From positions 3,782,001 to 3,846,000 of the forward strand of contig MU059829.1 in the NCBI GenBank assembly GCA_013265495.1: a stretch of DNA of 64,000 nucleotides. The letters are read 5' to 3'. The notes beneath the pieces were generated by a model, which did no database searches, was not told the DNA's origin, and saw nothing but the letters and a program-made list of their open reading frames with translations. This stretch comes from Vicugna vicugna. Its lineage: Eukaryota. Position 1 is the stretch's first letter. The number at the start of each line of letters is the position of its first letter. This document shows positions 47,939 through 64,000 of the stretch, in pieces. The translations under genes were made by a program, and so were the position numbers.

Positions 47939-50219
47939 CTTTACCTGCGGAGTCACAGTCAGTGTCCCCGTCCACAGCACAGGGGATGAGGGCCCCCATC
48001 ACCCGGTGCCTCCGCCCCTGCACCTGCCGGCCTCTCGCACCTGCCGGCCGGCCTGTGCAGACACCACACCCGGACGTGCTGACCCGGGCACCGCTGCTGC
48101 TGCTCGGCCGCTGCGAACACGAAGGCCCCGCTCATGACTGACTCCTGAACGAACGCTGATCCCTGGACCGCAGGAGTGGACGGCGGGCAGGTCGCAGCCG
48201 GGGAAGGAGGCTCGTCACCTCCTTGGGGTGCAGGTGGGGTTTCCCCTCATCTCCGAGGGGCTGACCTGTGGGCTGCCACCTGGTCACTGGGCAGCCTGAC
48301 AGCTGGGACAGAGCCCGGCTCTCAGCAGGTGCTGTGCGTTTGTTGGGGGTGGCACCCGCCGGCCCACATTTGGAGAAACTTCCAAGGCGCTCAGGAATCC
48401 CCTTCCCTGGTCACCCACAGAGGGGGACAGTGTGTACGACTCTGGGGTCACTTACACCTGGGCTGGAGTACCGGCCGCCCTGTGAATGTGGACCTGTGTC
48501 TGGGGTCCGCTGTAGGCAGGTTGTCCCCTGTGGGGACACCTGCGAAGGGCGAGTTAGGTAGGAAAGGGGAGGGTGTCCTTAATACTCTGCAAAAGGTGAT
48601 GGCTCTGAAATGACCTCATCGCGCTGGATGTCACTCTGGGGCCCGTAACAGTCCTGCCCCACAAATGCCCGAAGAGCCTGGTGGAGACAAGGGATGTCGA
48701 GTGCCCTGTGGACACCGACGTTCAGCCACAAGACCTGCGGCTTCTAAGCTCTTTGCTCAGTGGCGATGTATTCAACAGGAGCCCGGCCTGGCTGGGTTGT
48801 TGGCATCTGTCACAGGCGTCCCCTGGCTGGGCCCTCTGCTGACAGGAGGGGTCGTCTCGCCCCAGGCAGGAGGGTTTTGAGATGCCAGGCCACCACAACA
48901 GACACAGAATTTAAATATGTGTCACACATGCACTGAGGACAAGGCCACAGCGGGCTGATTCCAGGGCACAAGCCGCCCGGCCAATCCGCCCAAACCCACA
49001 TCCTCTCCCTCCCGTGCTGGTCAGTGTCTGTCTGTCTGACCACTGAGCCCATCTCTCCATTTGCTCTGAACTTGGCGGGGGGGCAGGAGGAAATCCCCTC
49101 GGGCCCCTTTCTGGGTTTTTGTGGAATGAGGGGCCGCTCAGGAAGAGGAACACAGGGAAACTGGGTGAACATGCCCCGATGCTCACCTGACATGCCCACA
49201 GGGACTCAAGCCCGCTCTGGGGGCTGGGGCAGTGGGGTCCCCAGCTGCGTGGGCCACGTTCCTTATTTCCTCTGTTGGATGGTGTTCTGACCCAGGAGAG
49301 ACCCCCCTCCCAGGGCCCCGGCTTCCTTAGAGACAGCAAAGGGCAGCGAGCACGTCTCTGACACAGAACCAGATTCAGCCACCCCCGACCCAGCCTCACG
49401 TGAGCCAGCACCTCCCCTGCCTGGCCACCCAGGGCAGGCCCCAGACCCCGACGGCCCCGGGATCATTCACAGAGGCCAGCGCCCAGCTGTTCGCCCACCG
49501 CCTGCCCTTCCCGGGGACCCCAGTAAAGGCTGTTCTGTGCCCTGACCCAAACCAGGTGTGTGCCGACCCCGCTCCGGGACGTGAGCGTGCAGGAAACTTC
49601 TTCCTCCCAAACCTCGCTCCCATTTCCTGCCGTGGCCACATCAACCGTCCTGGCCCACGGCCAGCATCACATCTCACGGCCCCTCCAGGAGACACTGCAG
49701 CCAGAGGGGCTGCTACCTGCTGGCCATGGGGACAGGGAGGGGACGGCGAGGGCAGAGGTGTCCAGACACACCTGACGAGTACGTGGAGACTCCCTTCCTT
49801 AGCACTGGCACCTGGAAGGACGCTCAGGAGTCACCAAACTCCTCATTTACAGATGGGGGCTCCCAACCTGCGCCTGCAGGTCCAGCCAGAGTCTCCAAGC
49901 CCCCTGCCAGCTGGCTCCTGGAGGGGATCCCCACCCCCCACCCAGGGCTCTGCTCCTGAGAGAAGACACAGCTGCACACATTTCAGGAGCACTGGCATCA
50001 CCCAGCGATTTATTTCACCTTGGCACAGACAGACAGACAGACACGGTTTTACGGGATGGGTGCCGGGCCTTGATCCGCACGTGACGCAGACAGTGTCAGC
50101 CGCCTGGGCTGTCTCTCAATGGGTGTGACGTGTCTTTAACCCCGGCAGCTCCGGGGCTCGTGCAGAGCTTTAAGAAGCCTTGGGGGAGTTTTCATCTCGC
50201 ATGAGAACACGTTGAGCCT

Positions 50220-50225
50220 TTTATT
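50220..50225 (-). terminator. KBTBD11: Probable KBTBD11 polyadenylation signal AATAAA (3' UTR ~3.4 kb); second AATAAA at 50009-50014
   Basis: First minus-strand AATAAA I found downstream of the stop codon; the second is followed by a GU-rich tract. Confidence 0.55.
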
Positions 50226-53200
50226 TCCCTTCATTTCAAACCAGTTCCCCAAGCACGGAGACAGTGCCCACCTGCCCGTGGCTGCGCGGAGAGCTGGCGC
50301 CACGTGGTCCAGGCGCCCTTCTGGACGGGGAGAGCCTGGAGAAACACGCCGCCGGCAGGAATGCAGATGCAACCGGGACGCGTGCGCACTTCCACCTCAG
50401 ACCCTACCATCTTCTTGGAATAATGCCACTGCAGAAGGAAGGGGGAAATCAAAACTCTGATTTTTTTTTAACACCAAAATAAAACATTTTGGAAGCTAGG
50501 AAAGCATCTAAAGCAAGACAATACGAAACAGAGGTTCTGTTTACATTCAGCCCAGGAAGGTGTTAACACAGACTATGTCCTGAGACCATCTGAATCTCAG
50601 GGAAAGGCAAAGAACCAAAAACATGCCGTTTCAGAATCTTTCTCAGGAAGTTACCCAAGAGACCAGCGGGTTAAACAGGGGCTACCAGGATCACTAAGGG
50701 GTCACAGAAATTAACAGAAATGGAGCAGGTGACTCGTGTTTGTAAGTATTTGCAGCAAAACTGATCCAGGTAGGAGTTTTAACTCAGCAGCCAACGAATC
50801 CCCACAGCGTTCATTCTCTTCGAGGAAAAAGAAACAAGTGTGGCCACAGAGTCAGAAGTCAAGTCGCCAAGTCCCAAACGCAGCCACGAGTCCAGGCTGG
50901 TGCTGGGTGGGCCCCAAGACCAAGAGTGAAGACAGACAGAAAATGAAGGCATCTTAGCCCCATTCCCTTGGGCTCTGAATGAACCCCGACTGACAATACC
51001 CAAGTCACAGCTGGTCAGCTAACCGCGAGAGGACGCTTCCCTGAATAACACTCTCCCCTTAAAATGCCGCTGCTCGTTCCGGGGCCTGGACGTGTCAGTG
51101 TGCATGCACAGCTTAATTTCGTGACAACTGTGGATGGCCGTCCTCAGTGTGTTAGGTTCATCTGCCTCTTCACTAATCCAAGATCAGGAGTATTTCTGCC
51201 CTGACTGTTTCCCCACGCAGAGCTGCAAGCAGACTTAGCACACCACACTGAACATAACGAGGTGCTTCCTGGGAACCTCAGAGCTGCGGCCAGTCTCGGC
51301 CATGCCTGCCCCTCCCCCCAGCAGTCCTCCAAACCAGCGATCTTGGGAGGGGTGGCTTTTCCACGTGTTTAACTGGTGCACACCTCCTGGCCCCACACCC
51401 CAGGTACTGCCCCCGGAAAGCAAAGCGATCTGGCTCTCACGGCACGCCAGGTCCTCAGGGCTTGTTCTCGGTGATGTCACTATCAGAAACCCGGTCTCTA
51501 AGGTTCTGCACCCTCTCCAGTCTAGGCTTCCTTGGGTATTTCAGGCTGACAAACCCCAGGCGCTCTGGGACCAGCTCCCAGAGGAAGAGGTGCTCTGTGT
51601 ATACAGACATTCAACCAAAGGATGAAGTAACAGACAGCACTCCGGCTGGGCTCGCCATCACTCAGCTGTCCACCAACGTCTAACACGCCTCCCACCCTAA
51701 GGGAAGCCCGTTCCCGCTTCTAAATGGTAAACGTCATAGGAATGATTTCCCAAGTGAAATCACGGTGATGATACTTCATGGGGTTGATACTGAAGGAACG
51801 AAAATACTAGCTTGGTTCCATTTCACATGAAAGTTTTACCAAAAGTGCTGAAGGTCCAGAGTAAAAATGTACGGCCGCAAGAAACACTCGTGTCTTTAAA
51901 AGAACATCACTTATTTCTGTTAGATCTCAACTCTTTTTCTCCAACTATGTCTCCAGTTGACTGCGACAAAGAAGCCAAAGAAGTCGGGTGACAGGAGGCC
52001 AGTTTTCCTTTCCTAAGACAATGAACCAAGCTGTGAAGACACCGTCTCCTGGCAAGAGCAGGCGTGGGCAGGCACACAAGTCAGCAGGACGCACTCGGGC
52101 TGCAATGGTACCGCCTGGTCCTGGAGCACAGGCGTGATCCATGGCGTCCTTCCTCACCACGCTGAACAAATGGCTTTCATAGCCACAGACCCTCTAAAAA
52201 GCATAACCTACTTCCCATCTACCCCCGGACTGGCACAGAGCTAAACTCCCGTCGCTGGGTTCACGGGTCAGCCAGTCAGGTGCACGTGACCTCACCTTCT
52301 TACTCGCCAGTCATGTTCCACGTGTGCTTTTCTGACTGTAATAAAAAAGTGATTGGACTCAGAACCCAAATCAGTTTGCCTCTGTTGATGAGTGGGTACT
52401 GTATCAGAGAAGTCTTAATAAACAGGAAGCCCTGTCCATACCTACTTGGAAAGTAAAATGCTGTAACAAATGAGGGGGTGGGTCCTTGTGCCCTGTTAAT
52501 TTCAAGTTAACTCTATTAAGGTATTTTCCTACAATTAGGAAAATGTAGCTTACCTGCTAAACTGCATGTTAAATACACATTACTTCCCCATAGGTCAACC
52601 TGCTCCTTGGCACTCTGCCACGTTTTCTCTGAACAATGCTTGCAGAAACGGAACTTCCCTCATCAGAGTCACAGGATTCACATTCAGAACATCATAGGGA
52701 GTGGGTTCAAACTGTGCATGCGGGTTTCCCTTTAGAACTCTCAAACAGAAAGGACTGCAACCTTCTCTGGGGGGAACACTACTCTCCCAGAGCCCCTTTA
52801 AAACGTGAAAACGGCCGAGTGCACCTGGTGGTCCTGGCGCTCCCTCTGAAACAGACCAGCACCCATGTCTGCTGCCAGCTTCCCCCTGAAGACATGCTCT
52901 GCAGCAAACGTCCAGTCACCAGAGATTAAAACTCAAACAACAGCATGTCGTTATCCTATCACCGAGCATAACTACGACCACCCTTTAACTGGAAAATACT
53001 GAACCCGTGGAAGTTACGTTTAAGAGCTTTACTTATCAGTTGTAATTTTAAGCCTCAAGCCAAAAGACACGTGACCCTCTTTCAGTGATTCCACTAATAC
53101 AGTTCACGTTGGCCTAATTTAGGACCTCAATTCTTGGGCCTTGGAGCCTTCTCATCCTGCAGTGGCCACACTGCACCCACAGAACTCAAGCCTGGCCTCC

Positions 53201-53667
53201 TGGCCACTCTGCCAGCAACCCCTGGGACACCCCAGTACACCCGGAATACATGCTGGGTACACCCAGCCCACCGCGGTACACTCGGGGCCCTGCCAACCGT
53301 ACCCTGAAGCTTAATCTTGCATCCTAGTTCCTCCTTCTCAGGTGTTTTGTATGTTATTTGTAAGGGTACCTATTTGCACATACCCTTCGTCTTACACCAT
53401 CCACCCCACTAAGCGAAGCAAAGCGAGAGGAGTGCAGATGAGCGAAGCGGACCTTAACACAGTTCTGCAAAAGGTCTTCAAGGCCCCGCGACAAGCTTCT
53501 ACCATCTACGTGTTTCAGTGACCCCGTGGGCAGCGCCCACCCCACAACTCTCCCTCCCCGCCTCCGCTGCCGTGGCCCAACTCCAGCTTCCCTGTTGGGA
53601 TCTCGGCGCGCGGGGCCTCCCCTGTCCCAGGGCCGCAGAGGGACACGCCTGGGCGACCCTGGCCACC

Positions 53668-56497
<2,830 letters not shown>

Positions 56498-59400
56498 CTG
56501 TTTACAGGAGAGAGAGAGAGAGAGGCCGTTGGAATTTGCGTTTCACAGCAGGGCTATTTGGTGTCGTGGCACCCACCACACTTCCCTCCACAACTTACAG
56601 GTGACAGGACTCAGATTTGGTGGGAACAGGGACTTTGCCTTTTCAGGGCTGGAGAGCTCAGTGAATAAGACATACGGATTATTAGGTATCTAGGTATGAA
56701 GAACAGCTCCTCCCCTGAGTTTGAAGGCCTGTAAAGGGAACCCAATTCAGCCTTAAATACACTGGGTTGACCCCCAGGAAACCGCCAGTTTGGTAGCTCG
56801 ATGGCAGTCAGATCTCCACCATTTCCTACTTTCAACCCGGTGAGACATGTGTAAAATTAAGGACTTTCAGCGAGAAAGCACGACTGGTCTATGAAACCTT
56901 GTTTGTTTTATTATGTGAGTTTTCCTGAAGTCATTTCTAGTCAAGTGTCTCACATTCAGTCACAACAGATATTTGCAGAAGGGTGCTGAGGGCTCTTCTC
57001 TGGAGTTGGCCTCAGAGGCTCCAACTCTGAAGTCTGTTTGAACTGCTCATTCGTGGAATTGCGTCTCCCAGAACCCCAGGGAAGCCACTCTCCAAATAGC
57101 AGACCTGTGGCCAAAGAAAAGGCCCAGCACCCAGACCAAACCGAAACACAGCCAAAAAACAAAGCCCACGGAGGTGCTGTGAAGGCAGGTGTGAGCGCCT
57201 GGAGACGAGGTGTTTTTAAAAAACAATAAAATACCTCCTCAATTGGCAAAGCCTTCACTGAGACTCCCCGGCCTGGGAGGGGGCTTCGTGTAAAGAGGGA
57301 AGCACATTGTGCTCTGGGTTCCCCAGAAGAGGCTGCAGACAGAAAACTGCACCAAGCAGAGCTCAGGCTTCTCATCGTTGTGCAGGGGGTCACCTCTCCG
57401 ATGCGGTGGGAAAGGTGACACTTAACCACCCGCCTCCCTCAGCTGCTCTTGATTTCTGCTGATCACACTTAATACTGACCTGGTCCCTCTAAACGCTCTG
57501 GGTTGAGTGTGTGTCTTGAGTGTGTGCGTGTGTAAATACACACCTGAACCAGGCCCTGTTCTTCCTGCTCCTGTTACTAAAAGAGCTTTCCGGTATCCTC
57601 AGAAATCAGTCTTTGAGGTGGAAACTCAAGACACTCAGTTCTCGCTCTCCCCCCCACCCCCCTCCCTCTCCCTTTCCAGAGTCTTTAACCATAACCTTCT
57701 GGGCGCATTCGGCATGCGCAGGGCACTGTCTGGGACCCGTGGGAGCTGCGTGGGGGATGCTGGGATGGGCTGACAGTGACCGCGGGACGCCAGCAGGACA
57801 CGCCGGGCTCGCGTGTTTACTCAGCTGTGCCCCGGCCCTGCCGAGGCTGCGTCCAGTGAGCTGGAAGTGAACGCTGGCCCCCGGCGACTGGGGTGTGATG
57901 ACAACTGGAAACCTGCACGGATTTTACAAGCAAAGTTTCTGGCGTGTGCCCAAAACGCCGGAGGTGCTTTTTTAGCTGAGTCACTCAAGGGAAAATTTGA
58001 TAAAAATTAAGACAGATTTCCATATCTTACCCCAATATGCACATGAACCTTAATGTCTGAAATAAAGTCAGAGAACCGGCCCCCTTATTTGCTTCTTTCT
58101 TTTCACACTTTCTCTGTGTAGTAGAGAAGACCTTGGAGCTCAGAAAAATAACTAGTATTTTTTTCTTTTTTTGGCCTGGAAAAGGGTTTCAGAACTTCCC
58201 AGCCCAACCCACAAGACTCCTCTTCACGGAAGTCATCACAGACCCAAAGGAACACACAGGATGGGACACATTTTAAAAGCCTAAGTTTGGAACTCTCGTG
58301 TTTTAAAAGCGCCACAGAATCAGCCTACAGCCTGAGAGAACCAGGCAGACTGTGTATTTTGTCTTCGCTTCAGCAAGCAGAGGCTTCATCTCCACAATGA
58401 AACAAAAACAGCCCCGTTCTCGCCGGCCCCCGGGCGCCCCCGGCGTGGGGTACAGAGCAGGCTGGCGGAGCCGGGGGCGGCCCAGACCCTGGCACAGCCA
58501 CGGTCCCCCCCAGTCCAACCGTGACGGCCACACACTGACGGCCAGCTGTGCGCCCAGCGACCCGGTCAGGGGCCCGCGCCCACCACACATCGGCCAGGGT
58601 GAATGCTGTCAGGTGGGCAAGGCCATCTGTCACTGACGCTGGGTCCACGAGCTGGGAGGCCGCCCCATGGTGCCGCTTTCTGAAGGACGGTTCTGCAGAG
58701 CAGCAGGTCCCGGCCCCCACCCACCTTGCAGGACAGACGGTCAGACTCCCCCAGAGAGAGAGGGAACCACGTAGAAGGGCCATCTCCTTGTTCAAACGTG
58801 TTAAAGGAACTCGACATTAATAGCTGTATCTTTTTTTCCCCCCAAATAACCCATTACTCTGATTTGGCCTTAAAATAGGTGGGGAAGAGTCAGCCCACAG
58901 TATCACAGTCCTCCACGTTGCTGAGACAGGGGCGGACTTGCTTGGACCGGCAGTCCGCGGTTTCCGGAGGGACGTCCGCCTCGCTCTGCGGTTGGCCCTG
59001 GAATCAGAACTGCCCCCAGAGGCTCCGGGAGGGTTCTGTGCGCGGCACATCCTGGTGGTGGTGAGATAACCAGCCTCCGCGCCTGACCCAGGCGGCGGGA
59101 GGGCTGCTCCCCTGGGCCCGGCTTCTGGGGCCTGTCACAACCGAGGAAGACGACACCTGAGCCCAGCGTAGTAACGGGGCGGCCCTGTCGGGGGAGGTAC
59201 GGAGTGGTGCTAACAGGCCCCTTCCCAGCTGCAGTGGGAATTCTAACAGGGACTCATTTTCTTTAAATGTAACTTAGGTAGCATTTCCCACAAAGAGCAC
59301 ACGTTTCTTCTTGACACTGTAAGTGCCTAAGTGGGGTTTTCTAAAGCCCCTTCTATGAATTTCTTCACTATTAATGTCAATTTTTAAAAAAGGATTGAGT

Positions 59401-61106
59401 ATGACATCCTAAGGCGGACACTATTTACACATATAATGTGGAAATTAGATGATTTAAAATTAAATACGCCTCATTGTAACGACAGAGGTTGCTAAAGGGG
59501 CTCTCCCTTTCCAGTAATGAAGGCAGCTTTTTTCTGAATTAATGAGCAGACGCAGGACGCTTACGTGCACTCTGCCACCGCCTCGTAAGGAATTCCTCCC
59601 GAGTGTCCTCGCCCGTCTAGCGTCTCGTCCGCGTGTCCAGCCACACGCCTGTGATGCCAGAGTCCCCGTGCCCCGCCCGCTGAGGCCCCCCCCACACCAG
59701 AACCCCTCCGCCCACACGGTGAACAGCCACTGAGTCTGGGGTTAATTTGCAACGAAAACACAGAGCGGAGGCCCTTCATCGAGTCTGGGACCCTGGCAGG
59801 GGCCTCAGCACTGGTCGGGTGGTAGGATGTGCTCACTGGCTTCGGCTGCTCCTGCAAATGCCACTTTCCAGGGCGCTTTCCTCTCTGGGCACCACTTAAC
59901 GAGCCGCACACACAAGGCTGGGGAGGGCAGCCGCTGACCTCGCTCCAGGGTCCTCGTTCACTTTTTGGGCCACGGGGCAGCCCCAGGAAGACCATCAGAG
60001 CGGCGTGCCTGCAACGACACGGTCCAAAGCTGCCACGAGGAAGCGACACCCACAACTCTAAATGCCACTTCAGGGGCTCCGCTGTCTGGTGCTAGAAGCC
60101 GGTGCCGATGTGGAGGAGTTCACGCCCTTGGTGTCTGTCTGCGGCCAAAGCCAGGTCTAGGCCATGTGCTGTGTGAGGTTCAGGGGTGGGTGGGGGTCTG
60201 GTGTGTGGAATACTTAAGTGGGTAAGTGATGTCCTTCAGAAGGCAAAGCGAGGTTCACCGGAGCCCACTCCACCAGGCCGCATCCTGCAGCTTTAATTTC
60301 TTCCTCGTGAAGCACGTGTCTAGGACTCGCTGGGCTGTAAGGTGCCCTGAGTGCCCAAGTGGTGACGAACCAGGCGCACCTGCTCCGTCTGCCCTGCAGG
60401 CACCACGGTCACCGACACACGGGACCCTCGCCAGCAGCCCTTCTGTGGGGTTGCACCGTTTTAGCCCTGCTTTTCCAAAGAGGAAATGAGATGGAACTTC
60501 ACCAACGTCATACAATCCACCAGCCCAGCTCTTAGAAGGTGGAGGACCCAGAAAGGGGCCCCACGGCCGGGCTCCAGCGGCCACGCTGGGAAGTCCCAGG
60601 CCCGAAGCCCGGAGTCGTCCTGTCCGTCACCAGTTTTGACTGGAAAGCAGCTGGCTCTGCTGCGTCCGCGTGCTGGGATGACAGATGCCCACAAAGAGCC
60701 CGCACGTCTGGCTGGCTGCCCGGCGCATCCTGTGAGCAGAATTCTCGTGACTGCATCTGCCCGCACCCCGTTCTGAGCGTAAAGCAGATGGAGGCGGCGG
60801 GGAAGATCGTGGAGGGGATGGCTCCGACTGCTCTGCCCGGGTGGGCGTGATTTAGGGGAATGACAGTGCGGTGAACCTTCTGGGAGAAGTAAAATTACTG
60901 AGAAATTCCTTTCTAAAGAAAGCTTTTATGTAACAGCTATTCTCAAAGTCCAAACTCCTTAGGCTGGTAAATGAGGCACGCGCCATCTGTTTCCCTGTCT
61001 CCTCCGCCCTCATCTCTCACCCCACTCCCCACTCTGCTCGAACGCCTCTCCATCCTCCAGCAGGAGCACAGACGGCCACCACACCCTGGGAAGGCCCATG
61101 CAGTGC

Positions 61107-61126
61107 GTGTGTGTGTGTGTGTGTGT
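61107..61126. repeat. (GT)10 microsatellite
   Basis: Seen directly. Confidence 0.95.
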
Positions 61127-63334
61127 AACCCATATAGGTGTCCCTGTGCACTTCCACCCTGGCGCCTCTGCCGCCCAGAGCCCCCTGCCCTCCTCGGAGC
61201 CAGAACTCTTGCTCATCCGCAGGCTCAGGCCCCCGGGGACCTGCTGTGACTGGTACTGCCTTCCTCACTTCCGGACTGAGCTACTGCGCAGTCTGTTTGC
61301 ACAGAAGGCCTTATTTTAGAGCCTCACGTGCATACGTGGCATCTTTCCACGAGGATGTGGAATTCATGGAAATGCATCCATCGTTCCAACCTCGGCACAG
61401 GGATGCGTCCTGCAGAGCCACCGGGAAAGGCTGGACTGGCGGTGAACGAATGAACACTGACCAGCGAAACTACGACAAACAAGTCTGAAGACACCCAGGT
61501 TAGAAACTCTTCCAAAAAAGCTCTTCAGCCACACAAAGAATGACGTACACTAGGGTGTTCTCAATGAAACGTGATGCACGGCGCACCGCAACATTCTTGA
61601 AAAGGGGCCGTGGCTGTCTCTGGGTGTTGGACTAGCGCTGGCTTTATTCTCTGCTATAAACCCATGCCTGGGCTCTACACTTGCTACAATAAATACCCGT
61701 AAAGTGTTGTGGGTTTTACGCGTCCAGCCCAGGACCGCGCCCCGCTCTCAGTGCCCCGTCCAGCAGGTCTTCCTGCCGCAGTGACGTGGCCTCGGTCGGT
61801 GCTGGAGAAGGGTTTCCGCAGGTAGGTCAGGGAGCTGAAGGCGAGGCAGAGCGTGTCCTCAGGAGAAGAAAGCAAAGCCAACCCAGAGCAAAAACGCAGG
61901 ACGTGGAAAGAGAGGCCACGCTCTCCGGACAGTCAGGCCACAGCCGGGGGTTGGGAGGTAGGCAAGCTCCGCTTCTGGCTTCAGGGACCACAAGTGGGGT
62001 TCCGAGCCCCAGAAACTGACGTGATTCTGACCATAAACAAGAACCCGCCTCACTGGTCGCCGCGGGGATTAAACGGACGTGCGCAGGGCCTAGACCAGCA
62101 CAAGCCCTGCTCCGCGCAACCACGCACCGTGAGACCCGGCCCCCGAGAACAAAGCCGTTCCCAGCCCAGAGCCCCCAGCAGCCGGGCCCCGGCCAGCATC
62201 AGCACAACTCAGACGTGAGGGCAGGTGGAGGGCTCCCCACGATCTTGACTCAAGAGATGAGGAAAAGCTGACGGCCCAGGACACGAAGTTACTCATCTCA
62301 AAAGACCAAAAAACAATGAGCATCAGACCATAAAAAGGCCCGACTTGTATCTGTTCATGAAACTGGTCGGTCATGGGAACGCCCAGGGCCACCCCCCGCT
62401 GCCCCGGGTTTCGGAAGTCCAGTGAAACACTCATACTTTGAGGAGGGCGCCCCACTCTGCGGCCAGCTTCCCAGGGGCTGTGACCGAGGGTGGTGGCCAT
62501 CACGAGTGTCCCCATGCCCTTGGCCGTGACAGTTCCAGGCTCTTTGGGGAAGACGAAGCCCAGGCACAGACATCACACGGACACATCCAGCAGGACAGCC
62601 AGGTCGCAAAACTCTGCTAAACAGACCGGCTGATCCGCTCTGGTTTTCAGATCGTGGACCTTCGCTTCTAATTCCAGCACTTGGATATCCGCAGGGAGGG
62701 GGCCTCGGGACCCACCAGACGGTCCTCTGTTGGTGATGTCACAACGCACCTGGAGTCACCACACTTTACAGCAGGGGGGCCGAAGGGCACTGCTGGCGTG
62801 CTCAGGATGCGTGTGTGTCACACGCCACCGGAGGTGCAACAGGTCCTGTGGTCACCAGAATCGCAGACCTTGAAGAACTGGAAGGAAAAAGGCTGAGAGT
62901 CAATCTGCATTCACGCAGGAGAGACTCCAAGTTACACGCTAGGCTTCCGGAAGGGCCTTCGGGAAGCAAGCTGGGAACATTCTGCAGCAGAAACGTGAGC
63001 CTCTGCTTGTGGCTCAGGTTCAGGAATTACTGCCTTAGCCAAACATTAAGATCACACACAGAATCACTGAGACCCTGGAAAGAGGCACTGGAATTGCATT
63101 ACTACCCGGAAAGCTCTAGCTCTGAGGCCCAATTCTGAGCAATATTTGGGTAAACTTAACTGTCTTAAAATAAGTCTGTTTTGTGCACCCACTGAAATCA
63201 AGTCCTGCCAGTGGGAAGCTGGAGTCAGAAATGAGAGACTCCCTGCATTGAACAGGTCCCACCCCTCGCCCAGTTCTCCAGTCTGGGAAAGTCCGGTTAA
63301 CGCTGATAAATAATTAGCAATTTCCAGTCCTTTG

Positions 63335-63520
63335 CTCATTTACTGGGCGGATATACACCAAACGCCTGTGGTGTACCAGGAAGTGCCCTGGGTCCCGGAA
63401 AGTGGCAGGAACCAGACTTGGCCCCACAGAACTCACGGTCTAGTGACCAAGGCAGATCTAGGCCACACTTATGTGAATTCCAGTGCAATTACAAACCACG
63501 GTGAGAGCCACAAGGATCTG
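63335..63520 (-). mobile_element. L2 LINE 3'-end relic
   Basis: CTCATTTACTG..AAACGCCTGTGGTGTACCAGG..GAACTCACGGTCTAGTG..CAATTACAAAC resembles the reverse complement of the recalled L2 terminus. Confidence 0.5.
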
Positions 63521-64000
63521 AGGATGATGATGAACGGGCCTGGCTTCTCCTCGGGGGCCAGGTGAGTCTCCTCTGAGAGAAGTCAGCCAGACAGAGGCGG
63601 GCAGAACACAGAGCAAACGCCTGGCGGTGGAAACAGGCTTGACCAGTTCTGGAAACTGAAGAGGCCGGGGAGCAAGGGCCCCGTGGGTCTGCGGGCCGGG
63701 CCCATCCAAGGCTCCTGGGACTCTTAAGGACGACGCGGCCCCTCCGGTGGCTTCAAAGGCGTGGAGCCCAGGCGTCGGGGCAGGAATGGGACTCACCACC
63801 TGCTCAGGGGCACACAGCTCGTGGTGCCAGGCTGAGTTAGACTCCAGGTCCCAGGACCCCCACCCATCTCACCCACCACGGCACTACCTCAGCTCCAGAA
63901 ACCCGAAACGCACGAGAACACGTCCAAGATCCGACCATTTCCAAGGTTTCTGCAGATCCCGCGGCACCGCAGAAGGCGCAGTTTCCAGGCCAGGCTGGAG

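Larger units (their letters stand above)
41852..48910. repeat. Inverted pair of ~125-bp elements (41852-41975 and 48786-48910)
   Basis: 52-bp core 41919-41970 versus 48790-48841 has 2 mismatches; flanks are visibly more diverged. Confidence 0.9.

Noticed and set aside
50478-52345. Plus-strand AATAAA motifs within the KBTBD11 3' UTR as the end of an antisense gene
   Set aside because: The complement of U-rich UTR sequence readily gives AATAAA; no upstream plus-strand exons identified.

Overview
GC- and CpG-rich mammalian genomic DNA containing two minus-strand genes in the KBTBD11-MYOM2 order I recall from human 8p23.3. It is probably camelid (inference: Cetartiodactyla-type L1 3' ends, and I saw no ruminant Bov-tA, pig PRE-1, cetacean CHR-2 or carnivore SINEC). 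(1) The 5' part of MYOM2 (myomesin-2/M-protein): non-coding exon 1 (~26352-26430) and coding exons 2-11 (20484 to 1928, 1268 nt, all GT-AG and phase-consistent). The gene continues beyond position 1. Its promoter has MEF2, CArG/TATA-like and E-box motifs. (2) The single coding exon of KBTBD11 (55683-53668, 671 aa BTB-Kelch), with an inferred 814-nt 5' UTR segment containing uORFs and an inferred ~3.4-kb 3' UTR; 56498-64000 is probably its first intron. The ~24-kb intergenic region holds L1, MLT1, MLT2 and hAT-Charlie relics, a near-consensus CTCF site, an orphan CpG island, a dense nuclear-receptor half-site cluster, several local direct and inverted duplications, and a 159-N gap. I found no convincing new protein-coding gene or multi-gene system. 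The best leads are regulatory or evolutionary: a possible second CpG-island promoter for MYOM2, a candidate ERR-type enhancer, an AT-rich transposon apparently converted into a CpG island, and nested inverted duplications. Human protein comparisons and repeat-family calls come from recalled sequences, not database searches.
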